A stretch of DNA of 64,000 bases from Minisyncoccota bacterium (GTDB taxonomy: Bacteria; Patescibacteriota; Minisyncoccia; Phycocordibacterales; UBA1006). Of this stretch, positions 19,043 through 28,961 are shown piece by piece. Positions within the stretch are counted from its first letter, which is position 1. The number at the start of each line of letters is the position of its first letter. The notes under the pieces were generated by a model, which made no database searches, had not been told where the DNA came from, and saw only the letters and a list, made by a program, of their open reading frames with translations. Location of the stretch: positions 25,486-89,485 of the forward strand of contig JAQVEZ010000002.1 of assembly GCA_028697455.1 (NCBI GenBank), in the 5' to 3' direction. A program made the position numbers and the translations under genes.

Positions 19043-19996
19043 CTATACCTCTCGATAATCAGGAATGACTAGTCCTGATCCAGGACCTCCAGGTCCACCA
19101 GGATCTCCTGGATCATTTGGGTCGACAACCTCTCCACACCACGCATATGCTGATCCGATAATAACAGCACCAGAATCATTTCCAATACATCTGATGGTGA
19201 AGGTTACAGGAGTGTTTTGGTTGGTAATAGCCCCAGAAGCGAGCTCTCCCGAAGTATTTTGAGTTGCTCGAGCACCAGGGCTTACCCAAAGTCCAATTCC
19301 AGTCTGACAATCTGAAACATTTTCAGAAGTCCATCTGATCGTTGGTCGTGGAATACTACACTCTTCTTGATAAAGAACGTTTGCGTTATTGAGAGTAATA
19401 TCAACATGTTCATTACAATCACTTTGCGCGATAACAACGTCAGAAAAATCAAGATATTTTGCCCCAACAACATCTTCGTAATAATCAGTTCCCCCTACAA
19501 TGGAGAAATTATAGTTTTTTCCAAGCCCGACAAAAGCTCCTGGGTCTGATTGATAGGTAACGCCAGAAAGATCAACTTGATATGGCATATTCCCCCATGC
19601 TGCGGGATTTGCTTTTGGAGATTCAAACTCAGCTCTTTTTTGGGCCATAAGGTTTTGGTTAGTATATCCAAAATCAACCCATCCAAGATAGGGGCTCCAC
19701 GCTCTTCCTCCAAAAAGACCTGTTTGCCGGTTATAGCTTGTGTAGAAGCTTATATTGGTTGTCCCTTGTCCAGAAAGATCGTTCCATGACTGAGTACTCA
19801 TATAGATAGGTCCTGCAAAGGTAGTCATAACAACACCATACAAGTTTCCTGGTCCGTCTTCAGAACAAGCATTTCCTCCTCCAATAGTTGATTGCGCTTT
19901 GACTTCAGGAGAAAAAGCAAGTTCTGAAAAGAGAAAAGCTCCCGCAAGAACAAAAAGGAAAGAAATTTTATAAGTAGATAAAAGAATTTTTTTCAT
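19043..19996 (-). CDS. Secreted protein of the same family, with a Gly/Pro-rich C-terminus
   Basis: Signal peptide, then AQSTIGGG (compare AQGTIGGG in 13848..15155); C-terminus DPNDPGDPGGPGGPGSG. Confidence 0.55.
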   Translation of the reverse strand: MKKILLSTYKISFLFVLAGAFLFSELAFSPEVKAQSTIGGGNACSEDGPGNLYGVVMTTFAGPIYMSTQSWNDLSGQGTTNISFYTSYNRQTGLFGGRAWSPYLGWVDFGYTNQNLMAQKRAEFESPKANPAAWGNMPYQVDLSGVTYQSDPGAFVGLGKNYNFSIVGGTDYYEDVVGAKYLDFSDVVIAQSDCNEHVDITLNNANVLYQEECSIPRPTIRWTSENVSDCQTGIGLWVSPGARATQNTSGELASGAITNQNTPVTFTIRCIGNDSGAVIIGSAYAWCGEVVDPNDPGDPGGPGGPGSGLVIPDYREV

Positions 19997-20011
19997 AAGA
20001 ATAAAATAAAT

Positions 20012-20308
20012 TTAAATGGATGATCGTAGCATATCCTCGATTGTTTTTTCTCGATGCTCGTCAGTGAAAGGGGTTTGCCCTTGTACGGTTGATTCTAGGA
20101 TATTTAGTTGCTCTTCTTCAGGAAGAACTCCATCGTAGGGAGAAGAAGGTCCAAACTTATAATAAAGAAAAACAGCAAACGCTATGAGTACAAGGATACC
20201 CAACAAAACAAAAATATTTTTGTTTGTGTCGTGGTTTTCCTTTGGCGAAACAGTTTGTTTTTTTGTTTCTTCTGGAAAAATACGATCGTCTCGTAAAGGA
20301 TCTTTCAT
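20012..20308 (-). CDS. Small single-pass membrane protein, hypothetical
   Basis: 98 aa; TM segment IFVLLGILVLIAFAVFLYY. Confidence 0.4.
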   Translation of the reverse strand: MKDPLRDDRIFPEETKKQTVSPKENHDTNKNIFVLLGILVLIAFAVFLYYKFGPSSPYDGVLPEEEQLNILESTVQGQTPFTDEHREKTIEDMLRSSI

Positions 20309-20449
20309 AAAACTCTTTAAGGTTAACCAATAATAGTCAATTTAGTATATCATGTTTCCCCGTAAGCAAGCAACAGAAACAAAAGAATCCCTTAAAACAA
20401 AAAACAGGAACTCAAGTTCTGTTTTTTGTTTTACTCACGAGAAGCTTAC

Positions 20450-21712
20450 TTATTCAAAATCTTCACCGTGAGATGTATTATCTGTATTCTCTTCTTGTTC
20501 ATTTTCAAGAACCTCCTCAAGATCATCAAGAGAAACAAAGTCGTCAGATGATTCATCATCGTCAAAATTAATCCCCTCATTACTTCCTGAAATATCAATT
20601 CTCCATCCGGTAAGTTTTGCAGCAAGTCGAGCATTTTGTCCTTCTTTCCCAATAGCAAGAGAAAGTTGGTCTTCTGCAACAACAACCTTTGCCTTTTGTT
20701 CATCAAGGTTTCCTTCAATATCAAGAACTTGGGCAGGGGCAAGTGAGTTTGCAACGTAAAGGAGAGGGTCAGCAGACCACGAGATGATATCTATTTTTTC
20801 TTCTCCAAGATTTGAAGTTACCGCATTAATACGAGAACCTCTTTGTCCAACACAAGCTCCAATAGGATCAACATCAGGATCGTGGCTCATAACCGCAATT
20901 TTTGAACGTGAACCAGGTTCTCGTGCAATTGATTTTATTTCGACAACACCAGTTGCAACCTCAGGTGATTCTGCCTTGAACAGCTCTCGAATGAACTCTG
21001 GATGAGTTCGAGAGAGGCTGATACGCACTCCTCGTAAGCCTGGCTCCACAGCAAGAAGATATACCTTGAGAGTATCCCCTACTTTATACCATTCACCGCG
21101 TGGTTGGTCTTTCTTTTCAATAACGCCGAGGGTTCGCGGGGCAAGTTCAACAAAAACTTTTCCTCCAACCACTCGCTGAATTGTTCCAGAGAGAAGTGTC
21201 CCCACCATTTTTTCATACCGAGAAAGTTTAATATCTTTTTCAGCTTCACGAAGTTTTTGAAGAATTACTTGCTTTGCTGTTAGCGCCGCAACGCGCCCAA
21301 ACTCTTCATTTTCTTCAAGAGGATTATCGAGGGGGAAAATGATTTCATCCCCTACCTTCACATTAGTACGGATATGCTGAGCCTCAGGAAGATACATGTG
21401 ATGCTCTCGATTAAAACGAACACGCTCATCTCCTTCTTCATTTTCTTCAATAAAATTCGGATCCTCAAGCTCTTCTTCAGTGAGCTCTGGCTTTACGAGA
21501 CTCTCATCAACAACCGTTTTTACTTGAAAGAATTCGAGTGCTCCTGTTTCTGGATTAAAATGTGATCGAATAATTTGTCCTTTTGCTCCATAGTCTTTTT
21601 TATAAGCAGCTGCAAGAGCATGCTCAATTGCTTCGAGAATTTTCTCTCGAGGAATATTTTTTTCTTGCTCAATCTGTTCGAGCGTAGATTGTAATACCTT
21701 TAAATCAAACAT
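20450..21712 (-). CDS. nusA: Transcription termination/antitermination factor NusA
   Basis: N-terminal [29 protein letters not shown]; S1 domain ([15 protein letters not shown]); KH domains ([29 protein letters not shown]); acidic C-terminal tail. Confidence 0.9.
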   Translation of the reverse strand: MFDLKVLQSTLEQIEQEKNIPREKILEAIEHALAAAYKKDYGAKGQIIRSHFNPETGALEFFQVKTVVDESLVKPELTEEELEDPNFIEENEEGDERVRFNREHHMYLPEAQHIRTNVKVGDEIIFPLDNPLEENEEFGRVAALTAKQVILQKLREAEKDIKLSRYEKMVGTLLSGTIQRVVGGKVFVELAPRTLGVIEKKDQPRGEWYKVGDTLKVYLLAVEPGLRGVRISLSRTHPEFIRELFKAESPEVATGVVEIKSIAREPGSRSKIAVMSHDPDVDPIGACVGQRGSRINAVTSNLGEEKIDIISWSADPLLYVANSLAPAQVLDIEGNLDEQKAKVVVAEDQLSLAIGKEGQNARLAAKLTGWRIDISGSNEGINFDDDESSDDFVSLDDLEEVLENEQEENTDNTSHGEDFE

Positions 21713-21800
21713 AATTATTTTATTTTAATACTACTAAGAGGACAGTTGGTCCTACCCAAAGGGTATCAAATTCATCAAAAAAAGAAAGCTGAGCTTTCTT

Positions 21801-22802
21801 TTAAATGCCACGAGGACCACTTTCTGAAGGCACTTCACCTCCCTCTTCCGGCTCTTCCTCATACTGTGTTTGAGACATATCATCTGGAGAAGAAGTGGCT
21901 ACAACATCAAAAAATATATTCAATTTTTGTAATGTAGAGATCGTATCGTCAAAAAGTGACTCCATCTGAATGATTGATGAGACAATAATAATATCATCAG
22001 GTTCTTTGAGAAGAAGATTATCAAAAGAAGAAGAAAGGCTGCTAATATTATTGAGGAGTCGTAGGTGTGTTTCGGTAACTGACTGAGGAACCTCGGCCGA
22101 AAGGAGTTCATTGAGATATTTTTTATATTTTTCTGAGGTTACATAAAGTTTCCCAGTATATAAAGTTTGATCTTTTGCTGCAGCAACAAGAAGCTCGAAA
22201 TCAGAGAGGTTGATAGGGTATGAGCTAAGTGCTTTCTTCATTAACGACTCATAGCTTTTGATTTTTTGGTAGGTATCATTTGTTCTTTTAATATCACTCT
22301 TTAAATAAATCTTTCCCCCGAGAGGAAGGGTAGAAACGTACTGCTCGATATTTTTATCAAACTGTTCTTGGTTTTTTTCATTAAAAACTCCTCCCGCTTC
22401 TTCAAAAGCAACGACAGCACTCAGCCCGCTTCGCAGAAACTTTTCCATTTCAGAAAGAGATTCTCCCCCTTCCACAACAAAACGTGCACGTTCTCGACGC
22501 TGAATTTCCTTAAGGTAAATTCCATCAAGAACTCCGTTCCCGTTAGAATAAGGGTTCTCCGGATCGAGACCTGCAGCTATTTCTTCCCAGTCATAAGCAC
22601 CGTCATCATCACTATCCTTTACAAGGGTTGAGGCCTGTTTTGAGTCCTCAATAAGTGAGATAGAAAGGAGATTATTTCCCTTCCCTTTTATCTTTTTAAA
22701 AATAAACAGACTTACAAGAAGAAGAACTCCAACAAGGAGTAGTGCCCCAATAAGATATTGGGTTTTTTTGCTAGGAAGGTATTTTTGAAATTTGGCAAAC
22801 AT
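21801..22802 (-). CDS. Hypothetical membrane-anchored protein
   Basis: 333 aa; N-terminal TM segment LIGALLLVGVLLLVSLFIF; acidic C-terminus. Confidence 0.45.
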   Translation of the reverse strand: MFAKFQKYLPSKKTQYLIGALLLVGVLLLVSLFIFKKIKGKGNNLLSISLIEDSKQASTLVKDSDDDGAYDWEEIAAGLDPENPYSNGNGVLDGIYLKEIQRRERARFVVEGGESLSEMEKFLRSGLSAVVAFEEAGGVFNEKNQEQFDKNIEQYVSTLPLGGKIYLKSDIKRTNDTYQKIKSYESLMKKALSSYPINLSDFELLVAAAKDQTLYTGKLYVTSEKYKKYLNELLSAEVPQSVTETHLRLLNNISSLSSSFDNLLLKEPDDIIIVSSIIQMESLFDDTISTLQKLNIFFDVVATSSPDDMSQTQYEEEPEEGGEVPSESGPRGI

Positions 22803-22834
22803 ATATTTAAGTATAACAAAAAAAATAAAAAATA

Positions 22835-23641
22835 TTATTTTTTTGCAAAGAATGTATATTTATCACAAAGGTCTTTCCACAAAGGAAATAAAATATCTTC
22901 TGCTCGTGTATTCTTTGGAATATCAAGCTCAGTAAACCAAAGGTCCCAGTCTCCATTAATTTTTTTAAGATTTTTAAGTGCCTTTTTTCTTTTTTCGCTA
23001 AAAGCAGTTTTAATAATAGTAAAAAAATTTTCTCCCCAGCGAAAAGAAGGAATTTTTTCCACCCCAATATCTCTTATTAAAATAATTGCTGAATCAACCT
23101 TGGGCTTAGGCGTAAAAAAACGAGCAGGAACTTTCACAATCCACCCTGCAGAACCATAGAGTGCTACTGATAACGAAAGGATTGATGATTTCTTGTCTCG
23201 AGAAACGATTCTTTCTGCAACTTCTTTTTGAACAAGGAGGACAGCCGTCGTTGGAGAATTTTTTCTTTCTAAAAAGAATTTCAAAATATGCGTAGCAACA
23301 TAGTAAGGAAGATTGGCAACAAGCTTATAAGAAACCCCTTGGGGAATTTCTTTTTCCCAGCTTGAAAAAAGAACATCTCCCGGAACGAGGATGAGTTGTT
23401 TGCTTTCAATAAATGAAGAGAATTTCTCTGAAAGATAGTGAATCATTCTCTCGTCTATCTCACAGGCAACCACACGAGCACCAGCAGCAAGAAGAACCTC
23501 TGTAAGAGCTCCTTTCCCTGGACCAACTTCAAGAACATAATCTCCGGGATGAATTTCTGCAGAAGAAACCATTGCAGAAAGAGCTTTCTTTGATTTAAGA
23601 AAGTTTTGTCCTAATGATTTTTTAGGGGAAACATCAACCAT
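22835..23641 (-). CDS. rsmA: 16S rRNA (adenine1518/1519-N6)-dimethyltransferase
   Basis: GQNFL, VLEVGPGKGALT (SAM-binding), NLPYYVATHIL motifs of KsgA/RsmA. Confidence 0.85.
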   Translation of the reverse strand: MVDVSPKKSLGQNFLKSKKALSAMVSSAEIHPGDYVLEVGPGKGALTEVLLAAGARVVACEIDERMIHYLSEKFSSFIESKQLILVPGDVLFSSWEKEIPQGVSYKLVANLPYYVATHILKFFLERKNSPTTAVLLVQKEVAERIVSRDKKSSILSLSVALYGSAGWIVKVPARFFTPKPKVDSAIILIRDIGVEKIPSFRWGENFFTIIKTAFSEKRKKALKNLKKINGDWDLWFTELDIPKNTRAEDILFPLWKDLCDKYTFFAKK

Positions 23642-23670
23642 AGATTTAATAATAGCTTAAAAAATTCTCC

Positions 23671-25581
23671 TTACCACTCAAGATAATGAGTTATTTCTTC
23701 ACCGTCTTGAGAGTCAGCATGCTCCAAAAACTCTTCAGAAATATCTTTAAGAAATTCTGAGGGTTCATTGATACGTTCTTGTCCATAAATCATTCGGGTT
23801 CGTGCAAAAGAAAGATAAAGTTGCTTCTTAGCTCGTGTAATAGCAACATAGCAAAGTCTTCGTTCCTCTTCTTCTTCATAAGAAGTTTTAACCTCATCAC
23901 GAGTGCTCGGGAAAAGCCCCTGTTCAAGTCCGGTAATAAAAACGTAGGAAAACTCAAGTCCTTTTGATGCGTGGATAGTCATTAGTCTCACTAAAGATTC
24001 TTCTCCTTTTTCCTTTGATTCATTTTCCCCAGAAAAGAGAGCAGTCTCTTCAAAAAAAGCTTCAAAGGAGTTTTCCTGATCGTCATATTTAGTTGCATAA
24101 CTCACCAACTCTTTAAGGTTGTCGAGCCGCTCTTGTCCGTCCTCTCCTTCTTTGAGAAATTTCTTCTCTAAACCTGATTTTTGAATAATAAATTTAAGTG
24201 TTTCTGATAGAAGGTGTTCTTTAGAAAATAAAGTGATTTCATTAACAAGAGAAAGAAATCCTTCATATGATTCTTTTGCTTTTGCGGTGAGTTGTTCAGA
24301 TTGGCCTGCAAAAATTCTCGCAATAGAAACCTTACCAATCCCTCGCTTCGGTTCATTAATAATTCTCTTAAGATCAGAAAGAGATTGAGCGTTCAATGAA
24401 AATTTTAAATAACTTAAAATATCTTTCACCTCTTTTCTTTCAAAAAATTTTATCCCCACAACCGTATAAGGAATTGAGTATGAAAGAAAAAATTCTTCAA
24501 GAATTCGAGATTGGAAATTTGTTCGAAAAAGAACGGCAATGTCTCCAGGGGCGACACCATCCTGAATAAGTTTGTTGGTAGTACGTGCAACAAAATCTGC
24601 TTCTTCTTGAGATGAAAAAGCTTCAAAAACAACAATCTTATCACCTTCTGGGTTGTCCGTCTCAAGTTTTTTCTCAATTCGCTCAACATTTTTTGAAATA
24701 ACATCGTGAGCTGCCTGAAGAATTATTTTGCTGGAACGATAATTTTTCTCTAAAATAATAACTTTTGCTCCGGGAAAATCTTTTTCAAAATGAAGAATGT
24801 TGCTCATATCAGCCCCTCTCCATGAATAAATATTTTGATCACTATCTCCCACAACACAAATATTATTGTGAGCCTGGGCGAGAAGTTTTACTATCTTATA
24901 TTGTATCGTATTGGTATCTTGATACTCATCAACATGAATATACCTCCAACGTTGTTGATATTTTTTTAAAATTTCAGGATTTTGAGAAAGTAAAAGAAAG
25001 GTCTCAAGAAGAAGATCATCAAAATCAAAAGACTCTTCTTGTTTTTTAAGATATTCATAACGTTCCCAGACCATTTTTGTAATAACGCGAAGAGGATTAT
25101 TTTCCGCCATATACTCAGAAACTTTTATCCCATCTGATTTTGCTCGTGAAATTACTCCAGAAATTTTTTTAGGTTCCCATTCTTTCGGATCAATACTGTG
25201 ATAATCCATCGCTTGTTTAATAAGTGAAACCTTATCTTGGGTATCAAGGATATTAAAATAACGATTGACACTGAGTGTCTTGTGTTCTTCACGCAAAATA
25301 CGAAGCCCAAGTGCGTGGAAAGTAACAAGCAAAGGACTTAGATCGTCTTGACCGAGAAAAGGAAGGATTCTCTCTCGCATTTCCTCTGCGGCTTTATTTG
25401 TAAAAGTAATGGCAAGAAGTGATGAAGGAGAAACTCCTTGAGAAATAAGATGAAGGATTCGATGCGTAAGCATTTTCGTTTTTCCTGTTCCAGCACCCGC
25501 AACAACAAGGAGTGGGCCTTCCGTGGCGAGAACAGCTTCTTGTTGTTCTTTATTTAAAAGAGAAAGGTGCGGGTTATTCAT
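23671..25581 (-). CDS. uvrD: ATP-dependent DNA helicase UvrD/PcrA family
   Basis: LLNKEQQEAV, GAGTGKTKMLTHRI (Walker A), FTNKAAEEMRERI, DEYQDTN; start chosen at ATG 25581 (MNNPHLSLL). Confidence 0.85.
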   Translation of the reverse strand: MNNPHLSLLNKEQQEAVLATEGPLLVVAGAGTGKTKMLTHRILHLISQGVSPSSLLAITFTNKAAEEMRERILPFLGQDDLSPLLVTFHALGLRILREEHKTLSVNRYFNILDTQDKVSLIKQAMDYHSIDPKEWEPKKISGVISRAKSDGIKVSEYMAENNPLRVITKMVWERYEYLKKQEESFDFDDLLLETFLLLSQNPEILKKYQQRWRYIHVDEYQDTNTIQYKIVKLLAQAHNNICVVGDSDQNIYSWRGADMSNILHFEKDFPGAKVIILEKNYRSSKIILQAAHDVISKNVERIEKKLETDNPEGDKIVVFEAFSSQEEADFVARTTNKLIQDGVAPGDIAVLFRTNFQSRILEEFFLSYSIPYTVVGIKFFERKEVKDILSYLKFSLNAQSLSDLKRIINEPKRGIGKVSIARIFAGQSEQLTAKAKESYEGFLSLVNEITLFSKEHLLSETLKFIIQKSGLEKKFLKEGEDGQERLDNLKELVSYATKYDDQENSFEAFFEETALFSGENESKEKGEESLVRLMTIHASKGLEFSYVFITGLEQGLFPSTRDEVKTSYEEEEERRLCYVAITRAKKQLYLSFARTRMIYGQERINEPSEFLKDISEEFLEHADSQDGEEITHYLEW

Positions 25582-25631
25582 AAAAAAGAGTATACCAACC
25601 AAAAAGAAATAAACAAAAAAGCCGGAATTTT

Positions 25632-25943
25632 TTACTCGGCTTCTTTGTCAATATTTTGAAAAATAGTGAATTCTTCTTGAAGAACTTCTCCAAAGAAGGG
25701 GATATTTTCTTCAATAAATTTTGCGACCGTATCAGCATCAGGGTCTGTTTCCATAAGAGCATCAAATTTCTCTTGGGTTGCTTCTCCTGCCCGGTCGAGA
25801 GACCTGATCAGTGACGCTTCCATAATCATATCAGTTGACTCATCGAGGAGTCGTTCTTTATCCTCAGAAGAATAATCTGAAAAATCATAAAAACTTTCAA
25901 GTGCTTCTCGGATATTAAGATCTGTTTGTGTGTTTGGTTCCAT
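25632..25943 (-). CDS. Small acidic hypothetical protein
   Basis: 103 aa, highly acidic; no recognisable motif. Confidence 0.4.
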   Translation of the reverse strand: MEPNTQTDLNIREALESFYDFSDYSSEDKERLLDESTDMIMEASLIRSLDRAGEATQEKFDALMETDPDADTVAKFIEENIPFFGEVLQEEFTIFQNIDKEAE

Positions 25944-25967
25944 ATTATAAAAATACTTATTAATTAT

Positions 25968-28562
25968 TTATTGGTCAAGACCTCGTGTTCCGAGGGCTCG
26001 CGCCAATTCTCCGTAGGTTTTTCCAATAAAAGCAGCTTGGTTTTCAGAAATAGGGATAGATACTTTTGAGAGTGTCGTTCCTTCTTTTACAAAAGACTGG
26101 AAAAACTGATCTGAAATCGGCATCTTGAAGGCTCCTAAAACATCTTGAGCTTTTTGCAGTGCTACTTGCTGTGCTGATGCTTCTGAAGAACCGTACCCAG
26201 TCATTTCAAAGACATAGCGGCCATTTTTAAGCTGAGCAATTCGTGCTCCATTATAAGGACCAAGCCGTTCGTCACTAATATTCATATGAAGGGTGAATCT
26301 TCCTTCTTTCATTTGATGTAACGCTATTCGAGAAAACTTAGTATCATCAACATCTCCCTTATATTCAAAGTTTTCATTTACCCGAATTTCCCCTCCCTCT
26401 GCATCATGAAAGATTTGGAAGGGCCCAGCTTCTTGAGAAAGAAGAACTCTATTATTTCCCTCAACATTATTAATTTCGCTACTATTTAATACTGATTCTT
26501 CATTTACTCCGAAAAAATTGTCTTCATTTACTCCTTGAAGAGGGGTTTTAAGATGATCAGGAAGGGGTTGAACTTTGGGAGGGATATGATTTTCTTCTAC
26601 GACAGAGAAGGGATCTTTAACTGAACTTCCTCCTCGCCCAAGAGTATCTGTTCCAATATTGTTATTATCAAGAGAAGAAGTTGTTGGGGTAGAAGAATTC
26701 TTCCGATACAAATATTCATAATCATCCTTGTCAGATCCTTCGAATAAACTTCCTCCTTCATGTCGCTCAACGAAACTTCCTCCTTCATAAGAACCATTTA
26801 CCATTTCACCTCCCTTAAACTCTTTAATGAAATTATGACCCTCTTTATCAACGCCAAGCTGGTAAGCTGCCCCTTGTCCATCAAAAACGCGAATTTCTGA
26901 TCCATCGTCGTGGATATAACCAAAGTCTTTTGCAATACGAGCTGCGTCTACTCCTGTTGGATCTCCATCAATACCGAATGCATCTCTCAGACTTGGGTCA
27001 TTTTTGAGTTGTCTTAAAATAACATGGGTAATCCCTTCTCCTTTTCGAACCATAGCGTCGTTAGTAATAGCATCTATTTCTACTGGAACTGTTTCTGGGT
27101 CAGGAACAGGGAGTGGAGGAGGAGTAATGGTCTCAGCAGCATCTTCTGGAATAACAGCGGCATCAGCAAGGTGTTCAAGTCCACGAACAGAAAATCCTCC
27201 AAGGAGTCTCCCAAAGGTGTCCCATCGTTTACGGTTTCTATTTTTTGTTTGAATGTACTTTGCTGAACCTGCCATAAGTTCGTCACGACGTTTTTTATAC
27301 TCATCAAACTGTTTATTTAAAAAGATACCTTTTTCACTTGCAGTAAATTTTGTAGGAACTGGATTTTCTTTACGAAAATCTGCCATACGCTCACGATAGT
27401 CTTTTTTGTTTTTATCGTATATCCAGCGAGCGGTTTCTCCTCCTGCATATGATCCTGCAAAACGAATCAGGTTAGAACCTATAAGCCCAGCTGCCCCTAC
27501 TCCCGTAAGAGCGAGTAATCCAGTAACTCCTCCTGAAACGATAATTCTTCGGGAGAGCTTAGCTTTGTTCTCTGGTTTTTCATACCAAGATTTAAACTGC
27601 CGCCACCCTCTTTGGAAAAAGTTTTTTCCTTCTTCCTTCATAAGGGTATCTTCTAGCTTGCGAATTCTTTTATCGAGAATTTCGATAGCTTCTTTTTTGA
27701 GTGTTACTTTCTCGCGAGATCCTTGTTTGAGATTCTTTTCTTTAAAGTATTTATCAAAATCAATGGTTCGAACGAGCTTCTTTTCATTTTCATTAAGATC
27801 GTCATATTTTTTTGAAAAAATCTTTTGAAGCTCTCGATATTCCCTTCGTTTTTGATTTTCTTTTTCCGTGAATCCTTCAAAAAGGTGTTTCTTGTGCCCA
27901 AAGCGACGTGCTTCGAGAATACTTTTTTCTTGTTCAGAAGAAATTGTTTCTTTTTTTTGTGTTTCTGTAGTGAGAGCAGGTTTCTCTTCTTCTGGTTTTT
28001 GCCCAACAGCTTCTGAGGTTGTTTGTGTCTCAGTTTGAGCAGCTTTTTGTCTTTCTGCTTCTTCTGCGTTAGTCTCTTCCAAAATTTCACCGAAACTCTT
28101 TTCATTTTTTTCGCTTTCTTGCTGCTGAGGAGTCTCTTTACGAACGGAAGCTTTTGGTTCTTCTGTCTTATTTACTTTTACCTCAGGAGATTTTGCTGTG
28201 CTTTCCCCTGTTGACTGAGATGCTTGTGCTTTGGGTTTTTGCCCTTGTGAGCTCTGTACTTTCGCCTTGGCTTTTTGAAAAACATTCTCGAGCCCTTTGT
28301 TGTTTCGTTTTAGCTTTTTAATCTTTTCTTCCTTATCAGGCTGTACTGAAGATTCAAGTTTTTCGATACGTTGTTGGTTGATTGTAATTTGTATCGTAAT
28401 CTGTTCAGCGAGTGTTTCGCTTCCTTTTCTTTGCTCAATAGAAATACCAATAGGAGTATCCTTATCAGGAGTCGTAATATCAAGATTCACTAATTGCCCT
28501 TCGGGCAGTTTAGTCTGAAATGAATACTGATGTTGTTTTGATTTTTCTGAAGAATTATCCAT
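25968..28562 (-). CDS. Large hypothetical protein with a Lys/Glu-rich N-terminal low-complexity region and a central TM segment
   Basis: 864 aa; TM region around IIVSGGVTGLLALTGVGAAGLIGSNLI; no catalytic motif recognised. Confidence 0.45.
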   Translation of the reverse strand: MDNSSEKSKQHQYSFQTKLPEGQLVNLDITTPDKDTPIGISIEQRKGSETLAEQITIQITINQQRIEKLESSVQPDKEEKIKKLKRNNKGLENVFQKAKAKVQSSQGQKPKAQASQSTGESTAKSPEVKVNKTEEPKASVRKETPQQQESEKNEKSFGEILEETNAEEAERQKAAQTETQTTSEAVGQKPEEEKPALTTETQKKETISSEQEKSILEARRFGHKKHLFEGFTEKENQKRREYRELQKIFSKKYDDLNENEKKLVRTIDFDKYFKEKNLKQGSREKVTLKKEAIEILDKRIRKLEDTLMKEEGKNFFQRGWRQFKSWYEKPENKAKLSRRIIVSGGVTGLLALTGVGAAGLIGSNLIRFAGSYAGGETARWIYDKNKKDYRERMADFRKENPVPTKFTASEKGIFLNKQFDEYKKRRDELMAGSAKYIQTKNRNRKRWDTFGRLLGGFSVRGLEHLADAAVIPEDAAETITPPPLPVPDPETVPVEIDAITNDAMVRKGEGITHVILRQLKNDPSLRDAFGIDGDPTGVDAARIAKDFGYIHDDGSEIRVFDGQGAAYQLGVDKEGHNFIKEFKGGEMVNGSYEGGSFVERHEGGSLFEGSDKDDYEYLYRKNSSTPTTSSLDNNNIGTDTLGRGGSSVKDPFSVVEENHIPPKVQPLPDHLKTPLQGVNEDNFFGVNEESVLNSSEINNVEGNNRVLLSQEAGPFQIFHDAEGGEIRVNENFEYKGDVDDTKFSRIALHQMKEGRFTLHMNISDERLGPYNGARIAQLKNGRYVFEMTGYGSSEASAQQVALQKAQDVLGAFKMPISDQFFQSFVKEGTTLSKVSIPISENQAAFIGKTYGELARALGTRGLDQ

Positions 28563-28571
28563 ACGATATAC

Positions 28572-28835
28572 TTACAAAATATATTCTGATAAATTAAGAT
28601 TTTTAAGGTCTTCGAGTTTTCTTGAAGGAACAAGATATTGCTTCCCTTCATTACTCTCATCAAGCGCTGTTAATTTAAGATGTGGAATGCCTTCTTTTTT
28701 TATAATATCAAGAACCAGATATTCTTGACCTCCAAGTTCAAAAATATCAGAGGGAATGACAAGATGATCTCCCACCATTGTTTCAGTAAGGTAGTCATCA
28801 AGAAGGCTTTGGTTGTTTGTTTGCAAGGGGTCCAT
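28572..28835 (-). CDS. Small hypothetical protein
   Basis: 87-aa ORF immediately upstream of 25968..28562 on the same strand. Confidence 0.35.
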   Translation of the reverse strand: MDPLQTNNQSLLDDYLTETMVGDHLVIPSDIFELGGQEYLVLDIIKKEGIPHLKLTALDESNEGKQYLVPSRKLEDLKNLNLSEYIL

Positions 28836-28961
28836 ATATAAAAATTATAACACAAAGAAAAGATGGTGAGTAATAAAATTGATACTTACAATATACCATA
28901 TTTATACCCTTTCTGTCAATAGATAAAGACTCAATACGTGCTACTATAAAAACGTACTATT

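Noticed and set aside
27004-28518. Several 60-140-aa + strand ORFs inside 25968..28562
   Set aside because: They are antisense to a long, continuous minus-strand ORF. Their Ser/Phe/Leu-rich low-complexity translations are typical of antisense frames of Lys/Glu-rich genes.
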